64,000 bases of DNA from the human T2T-CHM13v2.0 reference genome, Homo sapiens, in NCBI RefSeq assembly GCF_009914755.1, contig NC_060926.1, one strand, 5' to 3'. The notes under the pieces were generated by a model. It made no database searches, had not been told where the DNA came from, and worked only from the letters and a program-made list of their open reading frames with translations. The position numbers and the translations under genes are program-made. Shown here one piece after another: positions 34,401 to 50,760 of this stretch. Each line of letters begins with the position of its first letter. Position 1 is the stretch's first letter.

Positions 34401-35029
34401 TAACCAATTTTTGCACTCATTCAAAATTGTCATTTTCCACTTTAAAAAAAATCTTTACAGTAATTATTCTCCAGGAGAGGTAGAACAATGGTATAATTAC
34501 CATTTCTGTTTTCCAAGTGAAGCAAGAGAGGTAGTAAGAGGTGATAATAAACCCACATCACTGAAGTAGTTTGTATATTTATTCAACAAATATCTATAAA
34601 TAACAGCAATGTTACAATGAAGACCCAGATGCATGACTCTGCCAAGGCCCCTCTCCACCATCTGACTTGGGTCTGCTCTTCTCAAGAAATGAATAAAAAT
34701 CATGTCCAGGGCAATTGATAGAGCTATTTAAGTATTATGTATTTTCCCACAGTTGTAGGAGATTCTAAAGAATAAAAAGCTAATTCTCCTCTCTTCCAGC
34801 CTCCTGCAAGAGCCAAACTCTTAAATTCTTGGGTCCAGGATTTTTTGCCCAGCCCTCACACACCAACCCTCACTCCCCAACCGTCCATCACTCCCTTCTT
34901 TAGGGAGGGAGGTTAAGAGCTTCCCTGTTGTAGAGGCTACTCCAGTTTTTGCCCTTGATGGGGGTAAGCTAAAGCTGCTTCCTGAGAACGATGGTGAGAG
35001 TGGCCCAAATGTGAGTTAAAGACATACAG

Positions 35030-36690
<1,661 letters not shown>

Positions 36691-36943
36691 CAAAAAACAA
36701 AAGCAAAACAGGCAGTGGGCTGAATTTGGCCAAGGCATAGTTTGATGACCCATTCTTTGGAGAAAAGAACTTTGTTCTCTCATTTCTATTTCAAAACATC
36801 CCCGAAGACTCTGATTGTCCTGGCTTGGGTCATGTGCCTCTCCTTTGTATCTGTCACTGTAGACAAAAAAGCAAGGCCATGTCATTACATATTAGAACTC
36901 ATCAAGGGTGGTGAAGGAGTTGTTCTCCCAAATAAAGAAAGGA

Positions 36944-37308
<365 letters not shown>

Positions 37309-38424
37309 TTAAAATTCTCAAAGTTAGGAAGCACAGATGGGCTTCATGCAGAACTAGAACCAGGAGCTCAAAAACTAGCAGGAGCTCCTTTCCTCATGGA
37401 GCCATTTCATCTCTTTTGACTCTACCCTTCTCTGTACCTGCTTCATTCTTTGCTCATGCTGCAGTATAGCTTTCTATGCCTTTCTGTGGGGGCTCAATTT
37501 TGTGGGGTGGTTGCTCCACAGCTTCTGTGCTTATGTTTTCCCTACTAAAATGCTTACAATATCATTATGCTCACATTTTATATTGCACTGGAGAATATTA
37601 AGATAGTAATCTTTTGACTTACTATTAAAATTTTGTGAATTTTTATCTTTATGATGCTATACTCCTTTCCTAGCCTAATAAACTATGTGTATTATTTTAA
37701 AAGGCCCAGAGACGAGAGATCAAAATGGCTGCCTAGATGCAGGTAGTGTGTGCCTCCTCCTCAGAGAGGAACCAGAATAGTAAGTAGATAGATTTCATAC
37801 AGACCACCCAGCAAAGAGTGCTGGGATTCACCAGAGAAGAGATGGGAAGCACCAGAAGTAAGGAGAGGGTTCAAGGCAGCTTGCCTGGCCAGGGACTGCC
37901 TGTGAGCCAGGAATCTTCTATACGTTGGTAAACAGACTAAGAGTGAAACCCCAGGGCTCAGCTTTTACAATCTTGGCTATAAGAGAAACCCTCAACTCAT
38001 TAGCTAGCGCCTTGGGTCTGACATACGGAGCTGCCTGAAGATTGCACAGAGATGTTGCTCCAGAATGGGAACCCACACAGAATCTCACAGGCACCCTAGC
38101 CTAGAGCAGCCTCAGCCAGGTGCCATATTGAGAGCCTACATGCTGGGGATCTACAGACATGGCTGTTGCCACTGCACTGCACCAAGGAGAGGGACAGGAG
38201 CCTGGGCACTCACACACACCCCTGGGAGGGTCCCTACCACCCTGCAATGGGCTGCTGTTGAGACTGAGACATGAGCGGACCACACTTCCCACAGTGCCTG
38301 CCCAAGCCACTTGCCTGGGAGGGACGCCACCCTCTCTGGTCCCAGGCTCAAGGTGCCATTTTGAGTTTAATGCTGGGTTGCACCCTGCCCTCAGGCCCAG
38401 TTTGAGCTGACTCAGCTGCCGCCA

Positions 38425-39270
<846 letters not shown>

Positions 39271-40637
39271 TAGTGGACAGCACTCCCTACAGTGTCCTGC
39301 CCACGCTGCCTGCCTGGGAGATACTCTGCCTCTGGTTACAGGCCCAATGTGCCATTTTGAGGGTTTAATGCTGGGCTGCATCCCACCCTCAGGCCAAATT
39401 CAAGTTTACATGGCTGCCGTTGCTGCCTGGCCAAGGAAGGACAAGGAAACCAAGCTCTCCTACATACACCTAGGACGATACCCACTGCCCTGCTGCTGTG
39501 AGACTAACATTCAAGCAGACCACACTCCCCACAGCTTCTTGCTCATGCTGCTCACCTGAGAAGGGCCTTGCCCTCTCTGATCACAAGCCCACAGCTAGCA
39601 CCATTTTCAGAGTTTCCCCACTGGGTTGTGTCCCATCCTCGGGCCAAGTTTGAGGTGACACAGCTGTAGCCACCACTAAGCCAGGGGAGGGGCAGATGAG
39701 AACATGCTCTCCCAAGCACACTTAGGACAATACCCACCACACTGGTATGGGTGGCTGCAGGGCTGGAGACTAGCCTGCTCAACACATTGAGCTACCAGGA
39801 ACACCAACACAGACCAGTTGGGACCTTGTGGGTTACAGTACCGCCATCACCCACACCACACCAGCTGCCTGAGAATCCACCCACTACCTAGCCCACCACT
39901 CCCACTACTAGCTTCTAAGCAAGCCAACTGGAGATTGGCCCAAAACTCAGCCCTCCAGGACTAACTAACATCAGAGCCAGTGTAAGCTGCTCTAGAGTCT
40001 AAAAACAGCCACATTCACCCCGTTGCTGCCAACACCAGGGCCTGGAGACTGGTTCAGTTGGTGTCCAAGTCCCCAGCAAAACTATCACAACTTCAACTAG
40101 TAAGTGTTCCCTAAGCCACTGAGGAAATCATATATACCAGTGGCCCTGTGCACTGCTGAAGAAGTTGTACAAAGATTACACTATTTCAGGCATCCAAAAT
40201 AAAAGCCAAAGTATCCTACTCAGCCGACAACATACATACTACTCAGGAAAAAATTTCCCTACAAAAGCAATGTCAAGAAATTGAAACAAGCAACTGCTAC
40301 AAAAGATAGACAGATATCAATGATGGTAGAGCTCTATAGAGAGAACTATAAAACACTGATGAAAGAAATAGTAGATGAGACCCAAGAAGTGGAAAGACAT
40401 CTCATGCTCATGGATTGGAAGAACGAATACTGTTAAAATGACTATATTGCCCAAAGCAATCTACAGATTTAATGTAATCCCTATCAAATTACCAATATCA
40501 TTTTTCACAGAATGAGAAAAAACAATTCCAAAGTTCATATGGAACTAAAAAGGAGCCCAGATAGCCAAAGCAATCCTAAGCAAAAAGAATAAAGCCGGAG
40601 GCCTCACATTACCTGACTACAAATTATACTACAAGGC

Positions 40638-40953
<316 letters not shown>

Positions 40954-41519
40954 CTATAGTAACCAAAACAGCATGACACTGTTATAAAAACAGACATATA
41001 GATCAATAGAACAGAATAGAGAACCCATAAATAAAGCCACATGCCTACAACCAATTGATCTTTGACAAAGATGACAAAATAGACAATAGGGAAGGGAAAC
41101 TCTATTCAATAAATGGTGCTGGGAAATTTGGATAGCTGTATGTAGGAGAATGAAACTGGACCTATGCATCTCATCACAGACAAAAATTTGAATCAAGATG
41201 GATTAAAGTCCTAAACATAAGACTGGAAGCTATAAAAATCCTAGAAGAAAACCTGGGAAAAACTGGACATTGGACCTAGGCAAGAATTTATGACCAAGTT
41301 TTCAAAAGCAAATGCAACAAAAACAAAAATAGGCAAATGGGACATAATTAAACTCAACAGCTTCTGCACAGCAAAAGAAACAATCCACAGAGTAAACAGA
41401 CAACCTACAAAATGGGAAAAAAATATTTGCAAACTGTGCATCTGACAAAGTGTTAATATCCAGAATCTACAAGGAAGTCAAACAGCTCAACAAGAAAAAA
41501 CCCCACTGAAACATGGGCA

Positions 41520-42023
41520 GACTGGACACGGTGACTCATGCCTGTAATCCTAGCACTTTGGGAGGCTGAGGCCGATGGATCATCTGAGGTCAGGAGTTCG
41601 AGACCAGCCTGGCCAACATGGTGAAACCCCACCTCTACTAAAAATACGAAAATTAGCTACGTGTGGTGGTGTGTGCCTGTAATCCCAGCTACCTGGGAGG
41701 CTGAGGCAGGAGAATCACTGGAACCCAGGGGTGGAGGTTGCAGTGAGTCGAGATTGCACCACCGTACTATAGCCTGGATGACAGAGCAAGACTCCATCTC
41801 AAAAATAAATAAATTAAATTAAAAAAAAAAAGAAACATGGGCAAACAGCCTGAGCAACATGGTGAGACCTCATCTCTACAAATGGTAAAAAATTAGCCAG
41901 GTGTGGGAGCATGCACCTGTGGTTCCAGCTACTTGGGAGGCTGAGGTGAGAGAGGTTGAGGCTACAGTGAGCCATGTTCATACTATTGTACTCCAGCCTG
42001 GGTGACAGAGCGAGACCCTGTCT

Positions 42024-42063
<40 letters not shown>
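41520..42063 (+). mobile_element. AluSx followed by a 5'-truncated AluJ, in L1
   Basis: First Alu has TSD GAAACATGGGCA; second starts near 41846 and has a long poly-A. Confidence 0.88.
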
Positions 42064-42065
<2 letters not shown>

Positions 42066-42481
42066 GGGCAAAGAACATGAACAGACGTTTTTCAAAAGAA
42101 GACATACAAGCAGCCAAAAATCTTATGAAAAAATGCTCAACATCACTAATCATCAGAAAAATGCAAACTGAAACCACAATGAGATACCATCTTATACTAG
42201 TCACAACAGCTGTTACTAAAAAGTCAAAAAAACAACAGATGTTGGCAAGAATGTGGAAAAAAAGGAACACTTTTACACTGTTGGTGGGAATGTAAATTAG
42301 TAGAACCTTTATGGAAAATAGTGTGGAGATTTCTCCAAGAATTAAAAATAGAACTACCATTCAATCCAGCAATCCCACTACTGGGTATTTACCCAAAGGG
42401 AAATAAATCTTTATATTAATATCAAAAAGATACCTGCACTTGTATGTTTATCACAGCACTATTCACAATAGCAAAGATATG

Positions 42482-42883
42482 TGATATATTTGGAATATTT
42501 GTTCCCACCCAAATCTCACGTTGAATTGTAATCCCCAGTACTGGAGGTGGGGCCTGGTAGGAGGTGTTTGGGTCATGGGGGTGGATTTCTGATGGCTTGC
42601 CACTGTCTTTGCAATAATGAGTGAGTTCTCATGAGATCTGGTCATTTAAAAGTGTGTGGAACCTCCCCCTGCACTAGCTCCTGCTCCCACTCTTGCCACA
42701 TGATGTGCCTGCTCCTGCTTCACCTTCTGCCATGAGTAAAAGCTTCCAGAGGCCTCCCTAGAAGCAGATGCCAAAACTATGCTTCCTGTACAGCCTGCAG
42801 AACTGTGAGCCAATTAAGTTTCTTTTCTTATAAATTACCCAGTCTCAGGTTTTTCTTTATAACAATGCAAGAATGGAAATACA
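42482..42883 (+). mobile_element. MSTA-like MaLR LTR in L1
   Basis: TGATATATTTGGAATATTTGTTCCCACCCAAATCTC...AATACA with a perfect 5-bp TSD ATATG. Confidence 0.9.
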
Positions 42884-44206
42884 ATATGGAATCGACCTAA
42901 GTGTCCATCAGTGGAGAACTGGATCAAGAAAATGTATTGTATGCAGACACACACACACCCCCACACCCCTACACCCACCATGGAATACTACCCAGTCATA
43001 AAAAAGAATGAAGTTGGCCATCACAAAGAAAATGATGGCAAAATATAAAATAATTTTTAAGAAATGAAATCATGTCTTTTGCAGCAGCATGGAAGGAACT
43101 GGAGGCTATTATCCTAAGTGAAATAACTCAGAAACAGAAAGTCAAATGCTGCATGTTCTCACTTATAAATGGGAGCTGAACAATGAGTACACATGGACAT
43201 ACAGACTGGAATAACTGACTTTGGAGACTCCAAAAGGTGGGAGATTGGGAGGGGGTAAGAGTTGAAAAATCACCTGTTGGGTGCAATCTTGTCTATTTGA
43301 GTAATGGATACACTAAAAGCCAAGACTTCACCATGACACGATAGATGCATGTGAGACATCTGCACTTGTACTCCCTAAATATTTAAAGATAAACACACAC
43401 ATGCACGCACACAAAACAACCCAAGGGATCGGTGTAGTAGCTTTCTTTCAATGAAGAGGGGTTGGAGGAAGGGCATAACATAGAGGTCAGAATGTAAAAC
43501 ATCAGTCTGTTTTAAGTCTTTAAGGCTTAAAAAACTATTTCTGGGAAAAAAGGCCCAGTAATATATAAAATTTTGGAATAGATTAAAAACAAAACATTGT
43601 CTCTAGTGAGAGTATATGTATATCATTTTAGTTAAAGTGCTTAGTAAATGAAGAACATTTTTTTTTCAAACCCAGAGACTGACAAGCATCTCTTAGTATC
43701 TGACCAGAATCTCTGGAGGGATACTTTGAACTAGGTGTCGCTCTTTAATTCAGTAATGATCTGTGACAACTGGTGGGGTCAGATAATAAAGACACAGCCA
43801 CAGGGCCCCATCCTCTGAGACTCTGCAGTTCTTGGAGATGGGGGCCATGTGCTGAGCAGATACCTACCAAATGTGTCTATTATGCTACAGGAGACTAACA
43901 GGGTGCTGACCACCTGTGCTCCAGAAAACTAGCTACCTATCAGAAGCCATGCTCCCACTTCCAGGGGGTAGAATTGCACTGGGAATCAGCTACTCTGGAC
44001 TGCGTCTCAAAGGACTATATCTCTCAGCCCTTGCAACCAAGTGAAACCATGTGACTCATGTTCGTCAGTGGAACATGGGCAGAAATGATGTGCCTCACTC
44101 CAGGCCTGGCTGTCCCTACCACCTCCCCAGTCCCTGCTTCATGTATACTTCTCCATGCCTGTTCCCCTTCTTCTAGCTGGAGGCAGAGGACTCCGGAGGC
44201 CTAGAG

Positions 44207-44430
44207 AGGGGTTGGGCAACCTGTTTAAAGAGCTGGATAGTAAATATTTTAGGCTTTGTGGGCCAGATAGTCTCTCTCGCAACTACTCAACTCTGTAATT
44301 ATAGTACAAATGCAGTCATAGGCAATGCAACAAATGGGAGCAACTGTGTTGCAATAAAACTTTATTTCCACAAACAGGTAGTGGTGGGCTGGATTTGGTT
44401 CATGGAGGGCCCCAGTTTAGTGTCACCTGG
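44207..44430. mobile_element. MER58A-like hAT MITE
   Basis: GATAGTAAATATTTTAGGCTTTGTGGGCC...GCAACTACTCAACTCTG...CAATAAAACTTTATTT. Confidence 0.85.
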
Positions 44431-44533
44431 GTTGTGTGATCTTGGCTATAGCATGTAATCTCTCTGAGCCTCAGTTTTCTTACCTGTGAAAGGAAGAAAT
44501 CTGACTTAATCTCAAAATTCTCTAATAATTCCA

Positions 44534-44659
44534 TGATTCTACAATTTCAGCTCATCAACTATTATTTATACTCAACTTCTAGCTTGAGTATAAGCTATTT
44601 ACACTCTAGCTTCAGTGTAAGCTATTTACACTCTAGCTTGAGTGTAAGTAATAGTTGAT
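44534..44659. repeat. Palindrome with internal 27-bp tandem hairpin repeats (left part)
   Basis: TGATTCTACAATTTCAGCTCATCAACTATT at 44534-44563 is the exact reverse complement of 45209-45238; about 2.7 copies of CTCTAGCTTGAGTGTAAGCTATTTACA at 44577-44648. Confidence 0.92.
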
Positions 44660-45208
44660 ATTTGACCCAGCCATCCCATTACTGGGTATATACCCAAAGG
44701 ACTATAAATCATGCTGCTATAAAGACACATGCACATGTATGTTTATTGCGGCACTATTCACAATAGCAAAGACTTGGAGCCAACCCAAATGTCCAACAAT
44801 GATAGACTGGATTAAGAAAATGTGGTACATATACACCATGGAATACTATGCAGCCATAAAAATGATGAGTTCATGTCCTTTGTAGGGACATGGATGAAAT
44901 TGGAAATCATCATTCTCAGTAAACTATCACAAGAACAAAAAACCAAACACCACATATTCTCACTCATAGGTGGGAATTGAACAATGAGAACACATGGACA
45001 CAGGAAGGGGAACATCACACTCTGGGGACTGTTGTGGGCTGGGGGGAGGGGAGGGATAGCATTGGGAGATATACCTAATGCTAGATGACGAGTTGGTGGG
45101 TGCAGCACACCAGCATGGCATATGTATACATATGTAACTAACCTGCACATTGTGCACATGTACCCTAAAACTTAAAGTATAATAATAATAAATAAAAAAT
45201 TAAAAAAA
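44660..45208 (+). mobile_element. 5'-truncated young L1PA (L1PA2/3-like)
   Basis: Close to the young L1 3' end (GGGAGATATACCTAATGCTAGATGACGAGTT); A-rich tail; TSD AATAGTTGAT (44650-44659 / 45209-45218). Confidence 0.93.
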
Positions 45209-46024
45209 AATAGTTGATGAGCTGAAATTGTAGAATCAGCTACAGGATGGTGTGTGTATGCATTTTAAAATACTGATGACTTTACTTTCAAGCATCCTGT
45301 GAAAGAGAAAATTAGCTCAAAAATATACAGCAGTTAACCTTTATTTCCCAATTTGAGGAAAAGTAGAGGAGAAAATTATCAAGAGAAGAAGAAAAGCATC
45401 AGGTATTTCTACCGTTTACGGAACTTAACAGATTAAATACAGAAAGCAAGTTAGTGAATGAGTTCCAAGCATATATTCCATTGATGCAGACCACAGGGTG
45501 CTGCAGCTTGATCACAGCCATCACACAAGAGGGAAATTGAAAGTCTTTCTTTGGGAACTTCACAGCATCATTTATTAAATAAGCACCCTGGGAGCTAAAG
45601 AATTGTTTAGCTCAACAGCAGCAAGACACATTGAGAAAAGAGGGATGATGACATGAGTCCTTCCAACAACTGAGCAGTTTGCTCAGTGGAGGGAAGTTAA
45701 TGTGTTAAAAAAGAAATATCAGCTATAAAAGTAGCAATAATAATCAAAATCTATATTTGTTTTTATTTACTTTCAAGAAGTCCTGAGGACTTTAACTCTG
45801 TCAACCCCACATTTGTGGGAGAGTCGCAAATTTTATATGATTAGTCTTGTTCGACAGATGAAAAACCTGTAAAAGCACTTATTAATGTCACATTTATACA
45901 TATTTAAGTTTCAGGATAACTTCAAGGAACAATATTTTACTGAATGACAGCTATTTCACACCAAAACCACTAGTGGTAACTATTGCTGTATGAGTAATAA
46001 TATTGGAACAATAAAATTCATGTT

Positions 46025-46152
46025 TCAAACAATTTTTTAGTGTAAAAATGTACCATACAATATTTGGTACATACTTACACTAAAAAATTACTCATTGTTT
46101 ACCTGAAATTCAAACTTAACTGTGTGTCCTGTATTTTTGTTTGCTAAATCTA
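46025..46152. mobile_element. MER53-like palindromic DNA element
   Basis: TTTTTTAGTGTAA...TTACACTAAAAAA inverted core and CTGAAATTCAAA..TAACTG..TGTCCTGTATTTT...TTTGCTAAATCT. Confidence 0.75.
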
Positions 46153-46524
46153 AATGTTGAAGCCAGAAGGAACCTTGCAAATCACAGTTCAATTCCTTAA
46201 TTCTAAAGACAAAGTGGGACCAAGAGACATAAATCTCAAGGGAAATTTTCCTTAATGGTGATTGGAAATGCCTTAGAGTCTCTGAATTGTCAGTTTCTTT
46301 TCTAGTTCATCTAAGTCCTTCAGAGGAAGGCAGTCTAGAGATAGAAAGACAGGTAGGACATTGAGCCTCTGGATCCAGCAGTGCCCGAAGCAATTCTCAA
46401 ACTTTTCAGTAACATGAGCCAGTAAATGTCCTTAATCACTTGAGCTGGTTTGAATGGTATTTCTATCCTTTTAAACTAACCTTGAGAGTCCACACTAATA
46501 TTGCAAGGACTTCCACATTTCACA

Positions 46525-47303
46525 TTTTCTTTTTTTTTTTTCACTTGGAGATAGGGTCTCACTCTGTTGCTCAGGCTGGAGTGTAGTGGTGTGATCATGG
46601 TTCACTGCAGCCTCAATGACCTGGGCTCAAGCAATGCTCCCACTTGAGCCTCCAAAGAAGCTGGGACTACAGGTGCTTGCCACTATGCCTGGTTAATTTT
46701 TAAATTTTTTGTAGAGATAGCATCTCGTCATTTTGTCCATGCTGGTCTCAAACTTCTGGCCTCAAGCAATCCTCCTGCCTTGGCCTCCCAAACTGCTAGG
46801 ATTACAGGTGTGGGCTACTGTGCTCTGCCCACTACCACATTTTCTTATTCAAGTTGATAGACTAATTATCATAGTGCCATACAGTAGAAGTTCAACAAAT
46901 ACTTTTCAAATAAATGATAACCTTGGTTTAGGTTATTGCTTTCATTTTACCATCCAAACATTTTCCTTAATCATACAGTGTTGTTGTTGTGGGGTGTTTT
47001 TGTTTGTTTTTTGAGAAGCAGTCTTACTCCATCATCCAGATTGGAGTGCAGTGTTATAATTATAGCTCACTACAACCTCGAACTCCCAGGCTCAAGCAAT
47101 TCTCTTCCTGCTTCAGCCTCCTGAGTAGCTGGGATTGCAGGCATTGCACCACTATGCCCAGCTAATTTTTTTATTTTTTGTAGAGAGTTGGGGGGTCTCA
47201 CTGTCTTGTCCAGGCTAGTCTTGAACTACTGGTCTCAGGTGATCCTCCCACCTTGGATTCCCAAAGTGTTAGGATTACAGGCATGAGCCCCTGCACCCAG
47301 GCT
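46525..47303 (-). mobile_element. Two AluJ-like elements (about 46525-46830 and 46995-47303)
   Basis: Diverged reverse Alu dimers. Confidence 0.85.
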
Positions 47304-47836
47304 TGTTGCTGCTTTTTAAAAACAAAGTCTGAATTTATTTGCCTGGGCACACAAAAAACAAATATATTATTAAAAGAAATATAAACATGTAGAATAATGA
47401 AACCAGAGGTCAAATTGTATATCTGTATTGCTTTCTGGAGAATAGCTTTGTTGACCTAAAGGAAAAAACTGTGGCCAAATTAACATAAGTAGAGGGTTTA
47501 TTTGGGCCAAGTTTGAGGACTGCAACCAAGGAGCACAGATTCAAGTTGCCTGAATATATGCTCCAATTAGCAGTAGTTACAAGTGGGTTTTTAAAGGAAA
47601 AGAGAAGAGGCAGTTTGTAAGTTGTTTATCAAGAATTTACACTAAGGTAACATAAGGTATTGATTGGCTAAACATTGTTCTTTCTTTTCTCATTTCCCCC
47701 TTTTGATCAAAATTTTTCTCTTCTGAAGGCATCGATGACCAAAATTTTAGATGTTTGTCTCATGTCATTGGGAAGGCTCATTCCCAGGTAATCTCATCCC
47801 ATGTCTGAGGGAAAGAGGACAGGTACTTATGGCTTA

Positions 47837-47965
<129 letters not shown>

Positions 47966-48178
47966 CTACACAAAAATATAAAATAAAAAAATTTGAAATT
48001 TTAAACTTAAGAATTTAGAGAGGTCTCAAGGCTGAATTGACTGGCAACATAAAGGGACAGAGCAACAAGATCTAGGCCATCCACTTACAGAGGAGCCACA
48101 GCATGTTGGATCATTTCTTTCTTGATGTTAAGACATCTAGAAATACAAAGCATAATCAACTTAAGAACCAAAAATATT

Positions 48179-48778
48179 GAGATGGGATTTTTCCCCTGAC
48201 TTTGACCCTCTTTGTGGACAGGAACTAGAGTGGCTCATTTCACTCAGCCTGCAGTCCATGGATGGCTAAGTGTAACAGCTCAGTGAAGGCTCAGGGTGAC
48301 AGCCTCCTACACCTGCCTTTTTTGACACCTGAGTTCTTGTTCAGTGTCCAGGAACAATCAGGTCACACAAACTATTTGAAGGATAGTGTATTTGGAATAT
48401 TTATTGGGCGATAAAAGTGGCTCTCAGTAGGATGGGGAATTTGAAAGGGGATGGTGTGGGAAGAAGGTGATGTTTCCCTGAAGCTGCACTGTCTGAAGTT
48501 AGCAGCGTCTATTCGTAATTTCTGACACTCAGCTGCATGGATCCCTGATGCTCAGCTGCACATATCTCCAATGTTCAGCAGCTTGCATCCCCAACCACTT
48601 GTATAAGCCGCTTGTGTTGCTCTTCCAGCTGAAGTCTTTTTATGGGCACAGGATAGGGGAATGGCAGGCAAAAAAGGCAATCACTTGGGCAGAAAAATAG
48701 GGCCAGCTGTTTTTACTTAGGGCTGAGGGTTCAGGCTTGAGGGTGGTGTTTAGCTGGGAGCCCAGCTGTTCTGTATCA
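48179..48778 (-). mobile_element. LTR27/LTR28-group solo LTR nested in the provirus
   Basis: TGAGATGGGA...CTGTATCA termini; shares blocks with the 32647-33465 LTR (CTCAGTGAAG..TCAG.GTGAC.GCCT, GTGTCCAGGAA.AATCAGGTCAC). Confidence 0.75.
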
Positions 48779-49049
48779 ATATGATGCAAATAAGGACAAT
48801 TATTAACAAACAATTTGAAATCTAGATCTGAAAGGTGTTTTTATTTCTTAAGGTAACCAATCAAGTAAATCATGTAAGGGGTTTGGTCTTTCTAATGTCT
48901 TGTAGCCATTTAGTCTTTTGGGTGATTCTTTCTAACTGAATTTCTACTTTTCATCCTGGTCTGTAGAACAGGGTGACTAGCTGCAGGTCAGCTCCAGTTG
49001 GAGATCTTCTCCAGTGATGGAAGATGTCTGCTCAGGTAGGGCTAACTTT

Positions 49050-49860
49050 TTAAAATGAGAAATGTGAATTCATGAGTAGATGGCCTTGAGTTTGGCTGCA
49101 CAAGGATTGGTTAACAATATCTGATATAGTCCCTTCCAATGGGGTTGGAGAGAAGCTTTTATTTGATGTCATTTCCAGTAAACAAAATCTCCGGGTTGTA
49201 GGCCATGATCTCTGATGTCTTCCTCTCCCAGGAGCTCAATGTTGAAAGAATCCTTAACTAATTTAGAAATGTTAACCAGAAGCTTATAAGGCCTTGGCAA
49301 AAATGAGGAACATCACATTTGAGGAGAGCTGGTTTGTAGGCTCCTTCAACCAGGTGCACGGGCCTTGCAGTTATTATTTCAAATGGAGAAAGGTGCTGTT
49401 TTCCAAATAGGGTAGAACGTAAGTTAAGAAAGTGGAAGAGGCCGGGCATGATGGCTCATGCCTGCAATTCTAGCCCTTTGGGAGGCCTAGGCAGGTGGAT
49501 CACTTGAGCTCCGCTGTTCAAGACCAGCCCGGCCAACGTGGTGAAATCCTGTCTCTATAAAAAATTAGCTGGGTGTGATGATGCATGCCTGTAGTCCTGG
49601 CTGCTTGGAGGGCTGAGGTGGGTGGATCACTTTATCCCAGGAAGTTGAGGCTGCAGTGAGCTGAGATTGCACCACTGCAACCTAGCCTGGGTGATGGGTG
49701 ACAAAGTGAGATCCTGTCTCAAAAAAAAAAAAAAAAGAAGAAAAGAAAAGAAAATGCAAGAGCCTTAGGCCAGGGAAGGGTAAACGTTTCTTTAAACCTT
49801 TCCAACTGATCTTTTATTATTCCATTTGTGCATTCCACCATTCTGGAAGACCGAGGGTGG
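49050..49860 (-). pseudogene. Retroviral pol integrase remnant, disrupted and split by an Alu at about 49440-49745
   Basis: Minus-strand translations HPRSSRMVECTNGIIKDQL (catalytic-E helix), LNLRSTLFGKQHLSPFEIITARP and LQPHWKGLYQILLTNPCAAKL (GPY/F module), with in-frame stops. Confidence 0.85.
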
Positions 49861-49931
49861 TTTGCACAATGGAAATAATGATTGATCCAATCTCAATCAA
49901 CTTTGACCGTACAAGATAATCATCATCAGCA

Positions 49932-50197
<266 letters not shown>

Positions 50198-50760
50198 TTT
50201 AATAGCAGGAACGAAAGGAAGTAAAGTACACTTGGAAGATGGCCAGGTGGGAGATTAGAGATCCAAGTGCCCTGTGTGGCCCTTGACTTGGGGTTTTATA
50301 CATTGGCATGGTTGGAAGTTTTGCATTTCTTCTCTCTCGATTCTTCCCTTGGAGCAGGCTGTCCACATGCAGGGTGGCCAGCCAGCACTTGGGAGGGGCT
50401 GCTTATGCAGTGTGTTTGCTGATGTTGTGTGCATGCTCATTTGAGACATTTTTCCCTTAACCGTCAAGTGTTCTAGAGGAAGGTCATATATCAGTTAAAC
50501 TCCGCCATTTGCCTCTTAATGCCCATGCTTGAGCCCACTCAACTCCTGAGATCTTATTGGGAAGCCGCTAATCACCAGCTTCAGGTGTTTTCTATCTATT
50601 GGGAGGCAGTCCTTCCATGGTGCCAGCTGCAAACAATTATTATTACTAGAGAAACAGTTTAACAACCCCCTGACCATCACCTGATGGTTGCTTGATGTTT
50701 CTGGGGTTGGGGAGAAGCTCTTCTGCCCTGCTCATGTCTGCCTAACTGTCTACTCTAATA
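50198..50760 (-). mobile_element. MER50-like LTR, 3'-truncated
   Basis: Reverse strand starts TATTAGAGTAGACAGTTAGGCAGACATGAGCAGGGCAG. Confidence 0.75.

Noticed and set aside
44577-44648. Palindromic 27-bp repeats resembling a CRISPR array
   Set aside because: Units are directly adjacent with no unique spacers, there are no cas genes, and the DNA is primate.
44655-44885. 76-aa ORF resembling L1 ORF2
   Set aside because: Only the C-terminal tip of a 5'-truncated L1; not retrotransposition-competent.
46025-46152. Hairpin as a novel miRNA-like structure
   Set aside because: Explained by a known palindromic MER53-like element.
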